Under the pieces are notes generated by a model. That model was not told the origin of the DNA. It searched no databases and saw only the letters and a program-made list of their open reading frames with translations. Both the position numbers and the translations under genes were made by a program. Below are positions 47,290 to 60,350 of a stretch of DNA of 64,000 nucleotides, piece after piece. This DNA comes from Centroscyllium fabricii. Lineage: Eukaryota. The DNA lies in contig JBNRSN020000039.1 in assembly GCA_051313645.2 (NCBI GenBank), positions 6,510,001 through 6,574,000 on the forward strand, written 5' to 3'. The stretch's first letter is position 1, and every line of letters begins with the position of its first letter.

Positions 47290-48805
47290 CTTGTACAAAA
47301 ACGTCACCCTCATCCTCTATATTACCTAGGGTCTGACCATTCATTGTTTATTCCCTTGCAATGTTAGTCTTTCCAAAATGTATCACCTCCACTTTTCAGG
47401 GTTACATTCAATTTGCCACTGATCCAACCATCTCAACAAACCATCTATTCGTCACCACACACTTTTCAGGGTTAAATTCCATTTGCCACTGTTCCACCCA
47501 TCTGGCAACCCCATCTATATCGTCCTGCAGACTGTGGCTTTCCTCCTCGCTATTCAGCACACCAACACTTTTCGTGTCATCTGCGACCTTGATGATCATA
47601 TTTGTTACATTCGCATCTGAAAAAGTAATCTAGAATAAAAACAGCAAGGGACTCAGCGCCAATCCCTGCAGTATCGACTGGACACAGGCTTCCAGTCACG
47701 AAAACAGTTTCGACCATTACCCTCTGCCTTCTGCCACGAAGCCAGTTTTACCTCTAGTGTGCCAAGGAGTCCTAGATCACTTTGTCTTGGCCAGACTCCT
47801 AAGCTGAAATTTAACAAAACCCTTACTGAAATCTATGTATACAACGTCCACTGCACTGCCCTCATCCACACACCTAGTCCCCCACTGCAAAAAGTCAATC
47901 AAATTGGCCGACGTAATCTTTCCTTGACAAAGCCATGATGACTATACTTAATTAATACTTTCCTCTACAAATGGAGGCTAATTCTGTCCATCAGAATATT
48001 TTCCAACAACCTTCCTGGTTTATCCCTACTACCGTTCTTGAACAATGGTACTACGTTAGCTGGTCTCCAGTCCTCTGTCACAACTCCTGTGGCCAGGGGT
48101 CGTCTAAAAAATTTGTGTCAGAGACCTTGCAATCTCCTCGATTGCCTTACAATGAAGCCTTGGATCCATCTCCTCCGGGCCTGGGAATTGATCCACACTT
48201 ATGCCTGCTCAAAACGCTCGCACCTCCTTTCTGTCGATGGTAATATGCTCCAGTATATCACAGTCCCCCTGTCTGTTGTGTATGTCTGCATAGTCCTTCT
48301 CCACATTGAACTCAGATGCAAAAAATAAATTTAAAACCACACCTACATCTTCTGGCTCTACATATGTTTTGCAAATTTAGTCCGTAATGGGCCCTACTAT
48401 TTCCCGAGTTATCATATTTCATTTAATATATGTAAAACACATTAGGATTTCCCTTTATTCTGCACGCCAGTGTTAATTCATGGCCTCTCCTCGCTCACGT
48501 AATTTATATTTTAAGTACACCCGGCACGTTTTATACTCCTCTAGATCTTCCTCTGTCCTTAGTCCTTTCTATCTGCCAAAAGCCCTCTTTTCTTCCAAAT
48601 CGATTCACTTATATACCTTGACAGCCAAGGTTCCTTGGATGTGTTGGTACCACCCTGACCTTTAAGGGAACAAGTTGCCATCGTACCCATTCAAATTCCT
48701 TTCTGAAAGATTCCCACTGCTTTGTTGTGGATTTTTCTACAAGTGGCTGATCCCAATCAATTTTGGCCATACCTGACTTACCATATTAATATCTGCCTTC
48801 CCCCA
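47290..48805 (-). mobile_element. Old CR1 ORF2 fragment
   Basis: IIKVADDTKSVG..LQDDIDGVARWVEQWQMEFNPEKC. Confidence 0.75.
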
Positions 48806-49130
48806 ATTTAGAACCGTTTGTAGATGCAAGTGTTGTAAATGTACTGGAGATGCTTTGCTGGAGGCATGGCCAATTCTGGAGCACAAGTCTTCTGCAAAAT
48901 AGCAGGAATCTTGTCGGGGCTCAGTCTTTTTTTTATATCAGGTGCTCTCAGCCGTTTCCTGATATCACGTAGAATAAATCGAATTGTCATAAGAATGGCT
49001 TCCGTGATGCTGGGGACCTCGGAAGTAAGCCGATATGGATCATCCACTCGGCATTTTTGTCTGAAGTTGTTTGCAAACGCTTCGGCCTTGTATTTTCTAT
49101 TCGAGTGCTTGGCTCCTCCATCAATCAGGA

Positions 49131-50370
49131 GTCAATTCAATTCAATTCACGTTTTATTGTCTTTGAAGAGTACAAGTGCAATACATCGAGACGAAGACAC
49201 GCCGTTCCCGAGAGTAGTGCAAATAATGTACATACAATTGTATACAGTAAAGTACATTTTCAGGTGTTCATGTACCGGAGTTTTTTGTAACATTTCTGGA
49301 GGCTGAAATTCCTGGGGAAGAAGCTGTTCTCTAATCTAGTTGTGTGGATGCGAATTGATCTGTAGCGTTTCCCCGAGTGCAGGGGGGCGAACAGACTGTG
49401 GCTGGGGTGTGTGGGATATTTAATAATGTTCAGAGACCTCCGTAGGCAGCGTTTGCGGTAGATGCTTTCAAATGACTGTAGCTGGGTGCGGGTAATTCGT
49501 TGGGCAGATTTGTATGCCCGCTGCAGGGCCTTCCGGTCTGAGATGGAGCAGTTCCCATACCAGACAGTGATGCAGCTTGTCAGTATGCTTTCGATTTTGC
49601 AACGGTAGAAGTTGGAGAGAATGCCGAATGACAGCTTGACTTTTTTCATCTTCGTTAGGAATTACAGGCGCTGTTGGCTCTTCTTAACCAGAGAGGAGGT
49701 GTTTAGTGACCAGGAGAGGTCTTCCGAGATGTGGACCCGAAGGAACTGGAAGCTGGACACACTTTCCAACTCAGCCCATTGAATTACGATTGGGGGGTGT
49801 ATTCTGCTTTCAGTCCTCCGGAAGTCCACTATGATCTCCTTAGTTTTCTTGGTGTTCAGTGCCAGGGTGTTGTCGGCGCACCGTTCCACAAGGCTCTGGA
49901 TCTCATTCTCGTAGGCTGAAACATCATTGTTGCTGAAATGGCCAAACACCGGGGTGTTGTCTGCCAAATTGTTGATCATGTTGGAGCCATGGACAGCCAC
50001 ATTGTCGTGCGTGAAGTGCGAGTAGAGGAGGGGGCTCAGCACACAGCCTTCTGGGGCCCCATTTTTCATGGTATCGGGGGTGGAGGTGAGGTTGCCTAAC
50101 TTCACAGACTGTGGTCTATTGGTTAGGAAGTCCAGATCCAGTTGTTGAGGGAGGTGTTAAGGCGGAGGGTGAGGAGTTTGGTAGACAACTTGCTTGGGAC
50201 GATGGTGTTGATTACTGAGCTGTAGACAATAAACATCATTCTGATGTACGTATTGCTGCTATCCAGGTGTTTTAGTGCAGAATGCGGCTGTCCATGTCAG
50301 AGCCGTAGTGATATCATCTTACGTTGATCTGGTTCCTGGATAGGCGAACTGGCATTCGTCCAGGGCGGCG
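49131..50370 (-). mobile_element. Rex1/Babar-like LINE, 3' part
   Basis: GAPEGCVLSPLLYS, ALNTKKTKEIIVDFRR, HISEDLSWSLNT, LSNFYRCKIESILTSCITVWYG; (TCAAT)n tail. Confidence 0.9.
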
Positions 50371-52691
50371 TGGAACAAAGGATGGGGTTATTTTGGAGCC
50401 TCCTCCTCCCATTAGTGGCTTACTGGTTCATCAGGATTCACGCCTGTATTTTGCAGGACTGCAGAGCTTTGATCTGATCTGTAGATGATAGGATCGCTTA
50501 TCACATCATGCGGCTTCCTTATTTAGCACAAGGTCAGTATTGTTCAAATACAAAATTGCAAAGTGACTCCCTGTGTTTGGCAAATTAAGTCGGCTACTTC
50601 ACTGTCGTAAACAAAAAGCACAACATTCAAATCTAGTAAACAAGAACATATTACAAAACGAAGCAGGAAACCCTATCATGTCAGTTATTATCTGTGGGGA
50701 GTGACCCTCAAGTTAGTGATCGAGCCCGGAGCGAAAGGTATTGTGAACGTTGATCCGTAATTTATAGTAACATTCCATTCAGCAGCTCGAGCTTTTCGAA
50801 TAGTAACATGTAACATGTTCACTATTGTCCTTTAGGAAAGGCAATGTCTATTTATTTCCGGTATTGTGTTGTAAAGATTAATATTAAGAAACAGGGAGGA
50901 CTATTCTAAAAAGTCCACGGCAGAAAGGGACACAAAGAATGGTCACAAAATTGCCGATCAGGAAAAGACTGCTTTTTACAAAAATAAACTTTGTATGTGT
51001 GTATCACACGAAGAGAGGCCGCGCTGGCTCGAAAACCAAAAGCCTGTCTTTCCTATGCAGAAAGGAAAATGAGCTCCAGCAAAAACCTTTCCAGCTGAGA
51101 TAAACAACCTTATATATGAATATCGCCGGAGACACTGAGTCTGGTACAAGCCTCAAAGACTGACTTATAACAATGAAACGGCAGTTTGAAGCCAATCACG
51201 GCCAGTAAGTGTTAATCAAATAACGAGGTAAAGTCATCAAAATTCTCACAACACAAAGGGAGGTGTGTTAATCGCCATCAGGAAACTATCATTGGATATC
51301 AAGGTGGACGGATCACCATGGAAACCCTTTGTCTGGGATTGTCACACACAAAACCAGTTAAAAGGTGCAGAAAGGTATAATTGGGATGGACAGCCCTCTC
51401 ACTCTATCTCTGTATCCTTCTCTGCTCGCTACCTGGACTCGGGGCCTGGCCACCATTTGAACAGAAGGAAGAATATTCATCAAAAAAGGCCGCAGCCAGG
51501 AAAAGCCAGGTCTGGCATTAGCAGTATCCAACTTCCTGCAGGTGAGCCTCATTATTCTCCCTGTCGCAAAACATCTAAGGGACGGCAGTTAAGGCGATTG
51601 CTAAAATTGTCATTTTAGAGATTTTCTCTCGGAATGCTCGTTTCCTCCCCCCCCAAAGTTAAGTGCACAGCTGCAATTTTGTCTTATATATATAGTCGTT
51701 TTAACCTATAATTTCGTACGATTTGTAACAAATCCATCAGTTTCCGTGTAACAAAACCACGACTCTGCCTGCCGTTTGACTTATCACCGCAGGATAAGTT
51801 CCGAGGATAGAACTGAGTGAAGGGGAACGATTCGAACTGCACTTTTTCCAAGTGTCTATTTCAAGTGTATTCTCCAACCAAATGCTGGAGTTATTACCTG
51901 ATAGGGGCATTTGGGCGCATCAGCCCCGCCAAACCAGCCAACAACAGACTAGGGAAGAGGATGAGGTCTCCAGAATTGAGATTACCCCCACAGGTTAGAT
52001 TGAAACTGTGTGAGTCGTCACCGTATTGATTCCTCCTCTAAAAGCTGTTGCTTTCCTGTCTTCCTAAAGCGTGTTTAGTGACACCCGAGCTGAAGGCTAA
52101 CATAAGCTGCAAGTGTATAAAGTAGACCGAGGTCAGATAAACCAACAGGCACGAGTGATCTCTGCAACTGGGCAGAACTAACCCCTTACATATAAATGAA
52201 GATGACGAAGGGACCCCAGGCGATAGCGGTTGAAATGGCAGAGCTGGGTACGGAGCGAAAATACGTAATGGAGAGAGGTTATCTACTTATGTTTGCTATA
52301 AGGTTAACCTGCTAAGAATTGGCTGTGTGACCAACTAAAAGCTGGGCGTCCTGTAGATGCAGCCGCAAAGTAGACGGACAGCAAGTAACACCGCAAGACT
52401 ATTGAGAAGGCCGTCCCGCTAATGTGTTTTAAATAGCAGGTTTTGGTACTTGACAACGTGTTGGCAAGGAAGGCAATCAAAATCTGGCAATTGTCACTGG
52501 AGCTGCAGGAAAAGGCTGCAGCAGAGCGAAACATGCAATGGCTCTTGAGGCAGTAAGCCAGCAGAGGGCACAGATGTCATCAACTCGAGATAGAACACAT
52601 GGACAGCCAGGCTGCCGGAGATCAGCAGGAACACCAGGCAAAGGTAGAGCGTCTGGAGAGCTAGATCGCACAACGAGGCAGTAGTGCTTGA

Positions 52692-52872
52692 TATAGAAAC
52701 ATAGAAACTAGGAGCAGGAGTAGGCCATTCGGCCCTTCGAGCCTGCTCCGCCATTCAATGAGATCATGGCTGATCATCCAAACCCAGTATCCCGCCCCTG
52801 CCCTCTCCCCATATCTCTCTCAAGCCTGCATCGACACATATCACACCCTATCCCCGTAACACCACATATTCA
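52692..52872 (-). mobile_element. HE1-type SINE 3' portion
   Basis: ATAGAAACATAGAAACTAGGAGCAGGAGTAGGCCATTCGGCCCTTCGAGCC. Confidence 0.8.
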
Positions 52873-52879
52873 AATTTAT

Positions 52880-53275
52880 ACTGGCCCACTTACGATAGAA
52901 TCCTCTATCACTGTTGCTCCCTCCCACTCTTTTCCCACCCCTCCTGTGCAGAGGAGCAACTCCTCGTTCTGCGTACTTGGCACTTGCTGCTTTTCACTGA
53001 GTAACACAAATTGTGTTGGAGAGGAAATTGTACCCAGGTGACTCTGGCACTATATTCTGAGTTACTTTACTCTCTCTAGCGCTCATCCATTTCCTGTCTG
53101 CCTGTGCAGTCATTAACTGCGTTGGGACCACCACGGTGATCATGCTATCCAGGAATATTTCAGCTTCACAGCTGCTCCACAGTGAATCCAGCTGCAGTTC
53201 CAGTTCCGTAACGCAGAATTTCAGTAACTGCAGCTGGAGAAACTTCCTGTACATGTTTTTGCCCTGTTCAACTAT
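52880..53275 (-). mobile_element. CR1 ORF1 N-terminal fragment
   Basis: RKFLQLQLLKFCVTELELQLDSLWSSCEAEIFLDS, similar to the CR1 ORF1 region at 32118-32306. Confidence 0.6.
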
Positions 53276-53532
53276 GGTGTAACTGGCATTAAATGAAATA
53301 ATATTGGCCCCGAAATTCGGTTTGGAGTCTTCCCGCTGGTGCAAGTGTGAACGGTAAGACAGATATGGCGTGCGGTGCCGGAAAAGTATCAGCTTTCCTT
53401 ACAGCTCTCAGACGCAATTTAGCTCAACCAGCTGGCGTTACGTGTGGCTCGGAACACACAGATTCTCCTCCCCTTTAATTTAACCAATCCGTTAAACAAA
53501 ATCTGAATTGATGCAAAATCTATTCCCATTGT

Positions 53533-53797
53533 TGTTGTGAATGTGCCTTTAAAATATTATGCTGGACATTATTTATATGGTGCAGTTATACTGCAGTACC
53601 TAGGTGAATCACTAGGGTATATACTTCGTGTGTGTAATGATATGATCAGTTGACGTCGGGAGGTTGAAGTAAGAGGTCACTCCGGTAGTGAGTCTCATTG
53701 ATGTTCCATACTCTGTAGTTGATGAATAAACAATTGTTTGTTTTGCAACCTGGAGTCGAGTCCGTTGTTCTATAGCATGTATAACATGAATATAACA
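53533..53797 (+). mobile_element. 5' LTR of a third Gypsy-type element
   Basis: TGTTGTG...AATAAA...TATAACA followed by PBS TGGCGACGAG (53799); homologous to the 3' LTR at 56794-58075. Confidence 0.85.
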
Positions 53798-56793
53798 ATG
53801 GCGACGAGATCGCTCGAATCTACAGCGGTCTAGATAAATGAAAATGTATTTGATTTTTCTTTCTCATCGGCGACCGTCAACTGCAACAGCACAACCTGCA
53901 CTCCAAGGGAGGGAACGGCAGCGATTGCCCAGAGGAATAGAGGGAACAGAGCCAGCCAGCACTCCAATATTGGGAGTGGCGTTGTGACTAACGGCACAGC
54001 CAGCAGTCCGGCATCGGATAGCAGCAGCTATTGGCGCGGCAGGAGATAGGCCGCAGCATCGGTAGACATCGAGGAATAATCTCAACGTGCACCAGCACAC
54101 GACGCCAACGGCGCAGACACTGCAAAGGAAAGGTGGGTAGGCAATTGAAGCTACAATGAACGGATGTTGCAAATGCTGCTTAAGACAAGGAGGAAGGCTA
54201 GCGATCACATCAGCCAGCGGGCATGGCAGCACTCAAACGCGAGGCCTGAACAAACAGATCGCTCTAGCCAGGACCACGTCAGACCTCAGAAATTCAGGCA
54301 GATGAGTGTAAGACAGAAAAGAGAATTGGGCGATTGTGGGAAAAGAGGGCACGGAATCGTTAACGGCAGGAGAACGCGCTGGAAAAGAGCGGGAGGAATC
54401 GTTAATGGCAGAGAAAACGCATGAGTCAACGGCGTGAAGAATCATTAAGGTCGAGAAGACACATAAAAAGGGTGCGAAGATGCCAACTTGAACGCCATCT
54501 TCACGGGAAGAAACGCAAAAAAGGGCGCAAAAAGATGGAAATGTGCGCTAAGATACGCCATTTTGAACACCATTTTGGGAAGCTCAACCATGGTAAGAGC
54601 AAACACCTTTGGGGCCTACCAGATGTAAAGGGAAGACTGGGAAGCATACCTAGAAAGGTTCGTCCTTTACTGCAAAAATATAGGCAGTAACGGATGGAAA
54701 CAAAGCTTACAACCTGCTGAATGTGATGCGACGTGGAAGTTTTGGATTGTTGAGAACCCTGATGACCCCAGATAAGCCAGTTTACAAAATGTTACAACAA
54801 ATTATAGACGCCTTAAAGGAGAATTTGAACCACAAACCAACATTCTTAGCAGAACGATTCAAGTTATTTAAATGTGACAAACAAAAACGACTATCAATAT
54901 CAGAAAACCTGACAGAAATCAGAAGGCGTTTTAAAAACTGTTTTAGGCGATGAACTGCCTAATTACATAAGGGACATATTCATGTGTGGTATTCAAGATG
55001 AAGCCACCGAAAAGAGACTGTTAGCTTAAAAGACGCTCACACTAGGGCAGGCCACCGAAAGTGCAGCAGCAGACGTGGCAGCTGCTTTCGGGGCAGCAGA
55101 TATCAGAAACAATGGGATATATTGCGACACTCATGTGTTTACAACCCACACTGTTTGGTGTTACCGTTGTGGAAAGACCACACACGAACAGACCAAGTGG
55201 TGGTTCAGAAAAAAATCATTGTGGACAGTGTGGCAAGTTAGGGCATATAGCGGCAGTGTACAAATCTGGGAAAATAAATAAAATAATTCAGAAACAGACC
55301 AGTTTAGACAGGACGGGGAGAAACACAACCTGTTCGAGGATTGCTCGGATGATGCAGCAGAATCCTTCACACCAGAGGAGGTTGGGCTGGGAAGTCTCAG
55401 GATTCATGGTTTAGACATCACCGCAGACCATGGGCCCATATGGATAACACTACAATTGCTGGGGTAAACATGGAGATGGAGCTAGACACGCATTCATCCC
55501 TCTCCGCAATTAATGTGATTGACTTTAAGAAGCTTTTGAGAAATATTAATTTAGAAGAGTCGCCAGTGGTATTCAGGACGTACACTGGACAAGAATTCCA
55601 AGCAGTGGCGAGGATGACTGCGATGATACAATATACATCTAGGACGGTGTCAGAACTGAAACTGTATGTTGGAAAGAGCGGGGGTTCACCAGTCATGCGG
55701 CTGGAATGGATAAGAAGAATCAAAATGTGTTAACACCCAGAAGCTGCCAAAGTGGATACAATCACTTCGGCAAGTCAGGAAAAAACAGAGGAATTTTGCT
55801 CATCTAGCTGAGGAACTACAGGAAGCAAGACAGCAAATTAAGTTGTGCCAGACTACACAAAGTCAGTGGCAATCTCAAAACGATGAGATGAGACAAAACA
55901 ATCAATCAGCATTTCAGGCTATGGAATGCAAACTTCGCAATGAAAGTGATCGACAGAGAAGTTTGGTGGAAGAGAAGCTACAACAACAGCGGCTTCACCT
56001 CAAGCCCTGAAAGCCCTGCAACTCCAAATCAGCATTACTTTACACCAGCAAAATGAGATTCAGGAGGAGATTAAAGGTCTTAAGAGTGATCTAGATAACC
56101 GTCATAGGAGTTATAAGAGGACGGCGGCTGTGGAAAAGTGCTCAGTTCCCGATGAGTGTGTGGATAATGCCAGTGCACAAATTAAGGATTTTCATATCAG
56201 CAACTATCCACTGACATGGAAGAGAAGATTTTGGTTGCAATAGTTAAACCACAAGAGACTGAAAAGTACCTGCTTACAGTGTAAATTCTACCGAAAGTGG
56301 AAGGACTGGCCTAATGGAACAGGAGGAATTGCAAATGGAGGACTATAAGGTTGAGGCTCAAATGTAAGGACACCGGATTGGAGATGCAGGCCATTCGGTC
56401 CTAGAGCTGACTGTGAAGAGAAAGACAAGAAATCCTCATAGAACCAATAATCGCTAAAAAGTTAGAATGTTCAAAAGAATATTGATGATGTACAATGCTG
56501 CTAAGAAATGTACTGTGTGATGAAGATTGGAAAGAAACGGAACTCGCAAGCAATGTAATAAATGTACGGTAACCATTGCTGTAATTATGTTCTTTCAATT
56601 TAGACAAGTTAACATGGAATATTCGAGTTAAAAGTATTGTTTATACGCAAATTGTTAAAATGAGAAGAATGGGATCGAAAATTGTTGTAAGAGACTAAAC
56701 TAGCACCGAATAATGTATGTATAGCATAGTTAATGTTGTACTTCTTTGAGTGCTTATTATCATACCTGTGCGATTGAATTAAGAAGGGTGGAA
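53798..56793 (+). mobile_element. Internal region: degenerate gag, zinc knuckles and protease, then a coiled-coil-like frame; no RT, RNase H or integrase seen
   Basis: EDWEAYLERFVLYC, KPTFLAERFKLFK, CYRCGKTTH, CGQCGKLGHIAAV, MELDTHSSLS; PPT TTAAGAAGGGTGGAA. Confidence 0.8.
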
Positions 56794-56829
56794 TGATGTG
56801 TATGTGCCTTTAACCTATAATGCTGGGCA

Positions 56830-57468
56830 CTCCTCGGGGTCCACATCTCGGAAGATCTCTCCTGGTCACTAAACACCTCCTCTCTGGTTAAGAAGGCCCA
56901 ACAGCGCCTGTACTTCCTTAGGAAGCTGAAGAAAGCCAGGCTGTCATCCGGCATCCTCTCCAACTTCTACCGCTGCACAATAGAAAGCATACTGACAAGC
57001 TGCATCACTGTCTGGTATGGTAATTGCACTATCTCGGACCGGAAAACCCTGCAGCGGGTAGTCAAAACTGCCCAACGAATTACCGGTACACAGCTACCGT
57101 CAGTGGAAAGCATCTACCTCAAACGCTGCTTACGGAGGTCTATGAACATTATAAAAGACCCCACACACCCCAGCCACAGTCTGTTCGCCCCTCTGCCCTC
57201 CGGAAGACGCTACAGAGCAATTTGCACCCGTACGACGAGATTTCAGAACAGCTTCTTCCCCAGGGCTGTCAGCCTCCTGAACTCTAAAAAGAAACTCCGG
57301 TACCTGCACGCCTGATAATGAACTTTACTGTATGCAATTTATTTATGTAATTTATTTATTTTGTTTACACTACTCTCGGGAGAGTCGAGTCTTCGTCTCG
57401 TTGTATTGTACTAGTACTCTGCAATGACAATAAAACTTGATTTGATTTGATTTGATTTGATTTGATTT
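56830..57468 (+). mobile_element. Rex1/Babar-like LINE 3' end
   Basis: LGVHISEDLSWSLNTSSLVKKAQQRLYFLRKLK..FAPLPSGRRYR..NSFFPRAV; (GATTT)n tail. Confidence 0.9.
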
Positions 57469-57621
57469 ATGTGGTGAAATAATACTGCAGTACATAGGCT
57501 GACCAAAATTGCATATAATTTCGTGTGTGTAGTGTTATGAACATTTGAGTTTGGGAGGTTGACGTAAGATGTCAGTCCAGTCTCATTGAAGTTCCATTCT
57601 TTGGAGTTGATGAATAAAGTT

Positions 57622-58005
57622 GGGCGGCACAGATGCATAGAGGTTAGCATTGTTGCCTAACAGCACTGGAGATCCGTGTTCAAATCAAGCCGCGGGTACT
57701 ATCTGTGTGGAGTTTTCACATTCTCCCCGTGTCTGCGTGGGTTTCCTCCGGGTGGTCCAGTTTCCTCCCACAGTCCAAAGATGCACGATTTAGTGTGATT
57801 GCCATGATAAATTGACCCTTAGTTTTAGGAGATTGAGTATGTGGTCTTAGAGGGATGGGGTGAGATATGTGTTACTGTAGGCTCGATCGGGATCGAGGGA
57901 TGTGGGAACAGGTCAGCGGCGGGGTGCTGGAATTGGATGATCAGCCATTAACAGATTGAATGGCGGTGCAGGCTCGAAGGTCCGAATGCCCTACTCATGT
58001 TTCTA
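57622..58005 (+). mobile_element. HE1-type V-SINE
   Basis: GGGCGGCAC..GGTTAGCA head, TTTCCTCCCACAGTCCAAAGATG V-domain, CR1-like tail. Confidence 0.85.
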
Positions 58006-58929
58006 AACATGTATTTGTTTTACAACCTGGAGTCGAGTGCGTTGTAATAATACATGTATAGCACGGACTTAAATATAGTTTGATCTGAAATAACTTAGAG
58101 TCGGTGAACTGTATAAACAATATTTGGAGTGGTCTGTTCTAACCCAATTTCTCCAGTAAACCGGCCCCTTTTAATATAGAATTCTTGACATAATTCAGAA
58201 TCAGATTTCTATTTTGGACATAAAGTCAATATATTCTCTGCTATTCTATTTCCAAACACTTCCACCACCAACTGATCTGGGGACGCGCAACACAGTTGAG
58301 CGTGGAATTATTTTCTTGTTGCCAGAGGAGCTCGAGGTACTCGAGTATAATTTGGATCGCTGCCCGCAATTGACCTCCACCCTCTGTGAACACAATTTCT
58401 CTCTCCAAAATATACCTTGATAATGGCCACTGAGGCCTGATCTTGATGCCTGAATTTGAGGAGCTGCATCAGCACGTCTGTTTAAGGCCAATGTTTTATC
58501 AGGATAGTGCCTGAAAATCGCGGGTAGATCTTTGCTGCTGGAATGGTCGGTGGTTCGTCTGTTGCACCAGTCGGCCGCGCAACAGTCAGTATCGATTCCA
58601 GTCAGTTCAAAACATTCCCAATTGAACCTAAACCGCCATATTGTTGCAGCGCATGTTAGGATAAAACCGGGGACTTTTCCAAAAGTAATGCTTTAAAATG
58701 CTTAAGAGCCACATTTAATTAATCAGCCCATCTCAGCTCCGTAACCTCTGTCAGTAATGGCGATATCAGCAGCAATCTTACAGGCGCACATCAGCCTCAG
58801 GTCACTTTCCCAACATTCTTGTCATCTCACTGCACAGATGCTCCATTTGGCTGAATTTCTGATATATTTTGCGCCATAAACTGGTTAAGTGTAAAAGAAA
58901 ATCGAGTAAGTTTTGTATGGGGCATTTGA

Positions 58930-59182
58930 TCATAGAAACATAGAATATAGGAGCAGGAGTAGGCCATGCGGCCCTTCGAGCCTGCTCCGCCATTCAATGA
59001 GATCATGGCTGATCAACCAAACCCAGTACTCTGTCCCTGCCTTGTCCCCATATTCCTCGATCCCTATCAAGCCTGCACCGACACATATCCCACCCAATCC
59101 CCGTAACGCCAGATATTCAATCCCCCTGACACTAACGTACAATTTATCCTGGCCAATCAACATAACCCGCACATCTTTGGAC
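58930..59182 (-). mobile_element. HE1-type SINE 3' half
   Basis: CATAGAAACATAGAATATAGGAGCAGGAGTAGGCC...CCCGCACATCTTTGGAC. Confidence 0.85.
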
Positions 59183-59379
59183 TTCCCTTTAGCCCCCAGT
59201 GATATAAAACATTTCCCTCCATGTAATTAGCACGGATGCGGTTTGAAATATCTTCCAACATGTGTGGCTTAGAAGAGTGAAACATAGGCGCAGATCAGTA
59301 AAGTTGTGGCCGCCTTGCAGGGTGGGGGGGATGCAGCGGTTTGAAAATTGCGTCAGGTCACTCAATCTGGTAAAAATGG

Positions 59380-60350
59380 GGAAGCAAGTGCCTAGAATGC
59401 ATGAGGAACTTGACCAAATATGTATTAATAATAAATAATACTGGGGAATTGAACGGTACGTCTAGCTGAGTAATCCCTTGTACATAATGGCCTACATAAT
59501 AGTGTATAAAATAGTTGGCTACAGTTATAGTGTCTGCTTTAATTTTGATCTTGCTGAATTCCCTAGAATATAGAATGTTGTACGTGGTTTCGGAAGAAAA
59601 TACATGTAGCCATGTTTTTCCAAAAAAGAGTGAAATGGAATATGGAGCACTCAGGTGGTTAGCTTGACATCAGCAGTAGGGAAGATTTTAGATTATATTA
59701 GAAGGGACGAGATAACAGGGCACTGCAAAAATCACTATATGATGGTGCAGTGTCGGCACGGATATATGAAAGTGAACTCGTGTTTACATAAATAATATTA
59801 TTTTGACGTAGCATCTAGCAGTATAGATACGGGGGGACCAGTATATGAAGCTATTTTGAATTTACAAATATCTATCAATTCAGGGGCCACACAAATGATA
59901 ATGATCAAAATTAGATCTTATGGAATTGCGGGTAATTAGCATGTATTGAGTTTGTGTAACTGAGACGTAACAGAGATTTGGACTTAAATGTAATTTGCGT
60001 GTTGGCAGGCCGGCTTCATCTAGTGGAGTCCCGGTATGATCAGTACTTGGGACTCAGCTAATCACAATACTTACCAATGACTAAGATGACGGGATCAAGC
60101 GTAATTTATCTAAGTCTGTAGACGATAAAAAGTTGGAGGAAATGTAAGTTGTGAGGAGGATTCAGAGGAGCTGCAAAGGCGTGTAGACATTTAAGTGAAT
60201 AGCCAAGAAAGTCGGCAGGAGAAGTGGAAAGGCAGAATATTTTTCAAATGGTGAGAGATTGGCAAGGTGTGGGTGCCCTTGGATACCAATCACAGAAATT
60301 TAAAATGCAGGTACAGCAAGCAATTACGAAAGAAGATGTTAAGATAGTCT
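59380..60350 (+). mobile_element. Old CR1 ORF2 fragment; resumes at ~62830-63232 after an unidentified insert
   Basis: GTTAGCTTGACATCAGCAGTAGGGAAG; GTAAGTTGTGAGGAGGAT; ATGCAGGTACAGCAAGCAATTA. Confidence 0.7.

Larger units (their letters stand above)
56794..58075 (+). mobile_element. 3' LTR interrupted by a Rex1 LINE and an HE1 SINE
   Basis: Pieces 56794-56829, 57466-57620 and 58006-58075 are colinear with the 5' LTR (ATGTGCCTTTAA, ATACTGCAGTAC, GTTGATGAATAAA, CAACCTGGAGTCGAGT). Confidence 0.85.

Noticed and set aside
50370-52690. Possible LTR/ERV remnant (minus-strand G-rich PPT-like run at ~51645)
   Set aside because: No paired termini, PBS or coding motifs recognisable; left unannotated
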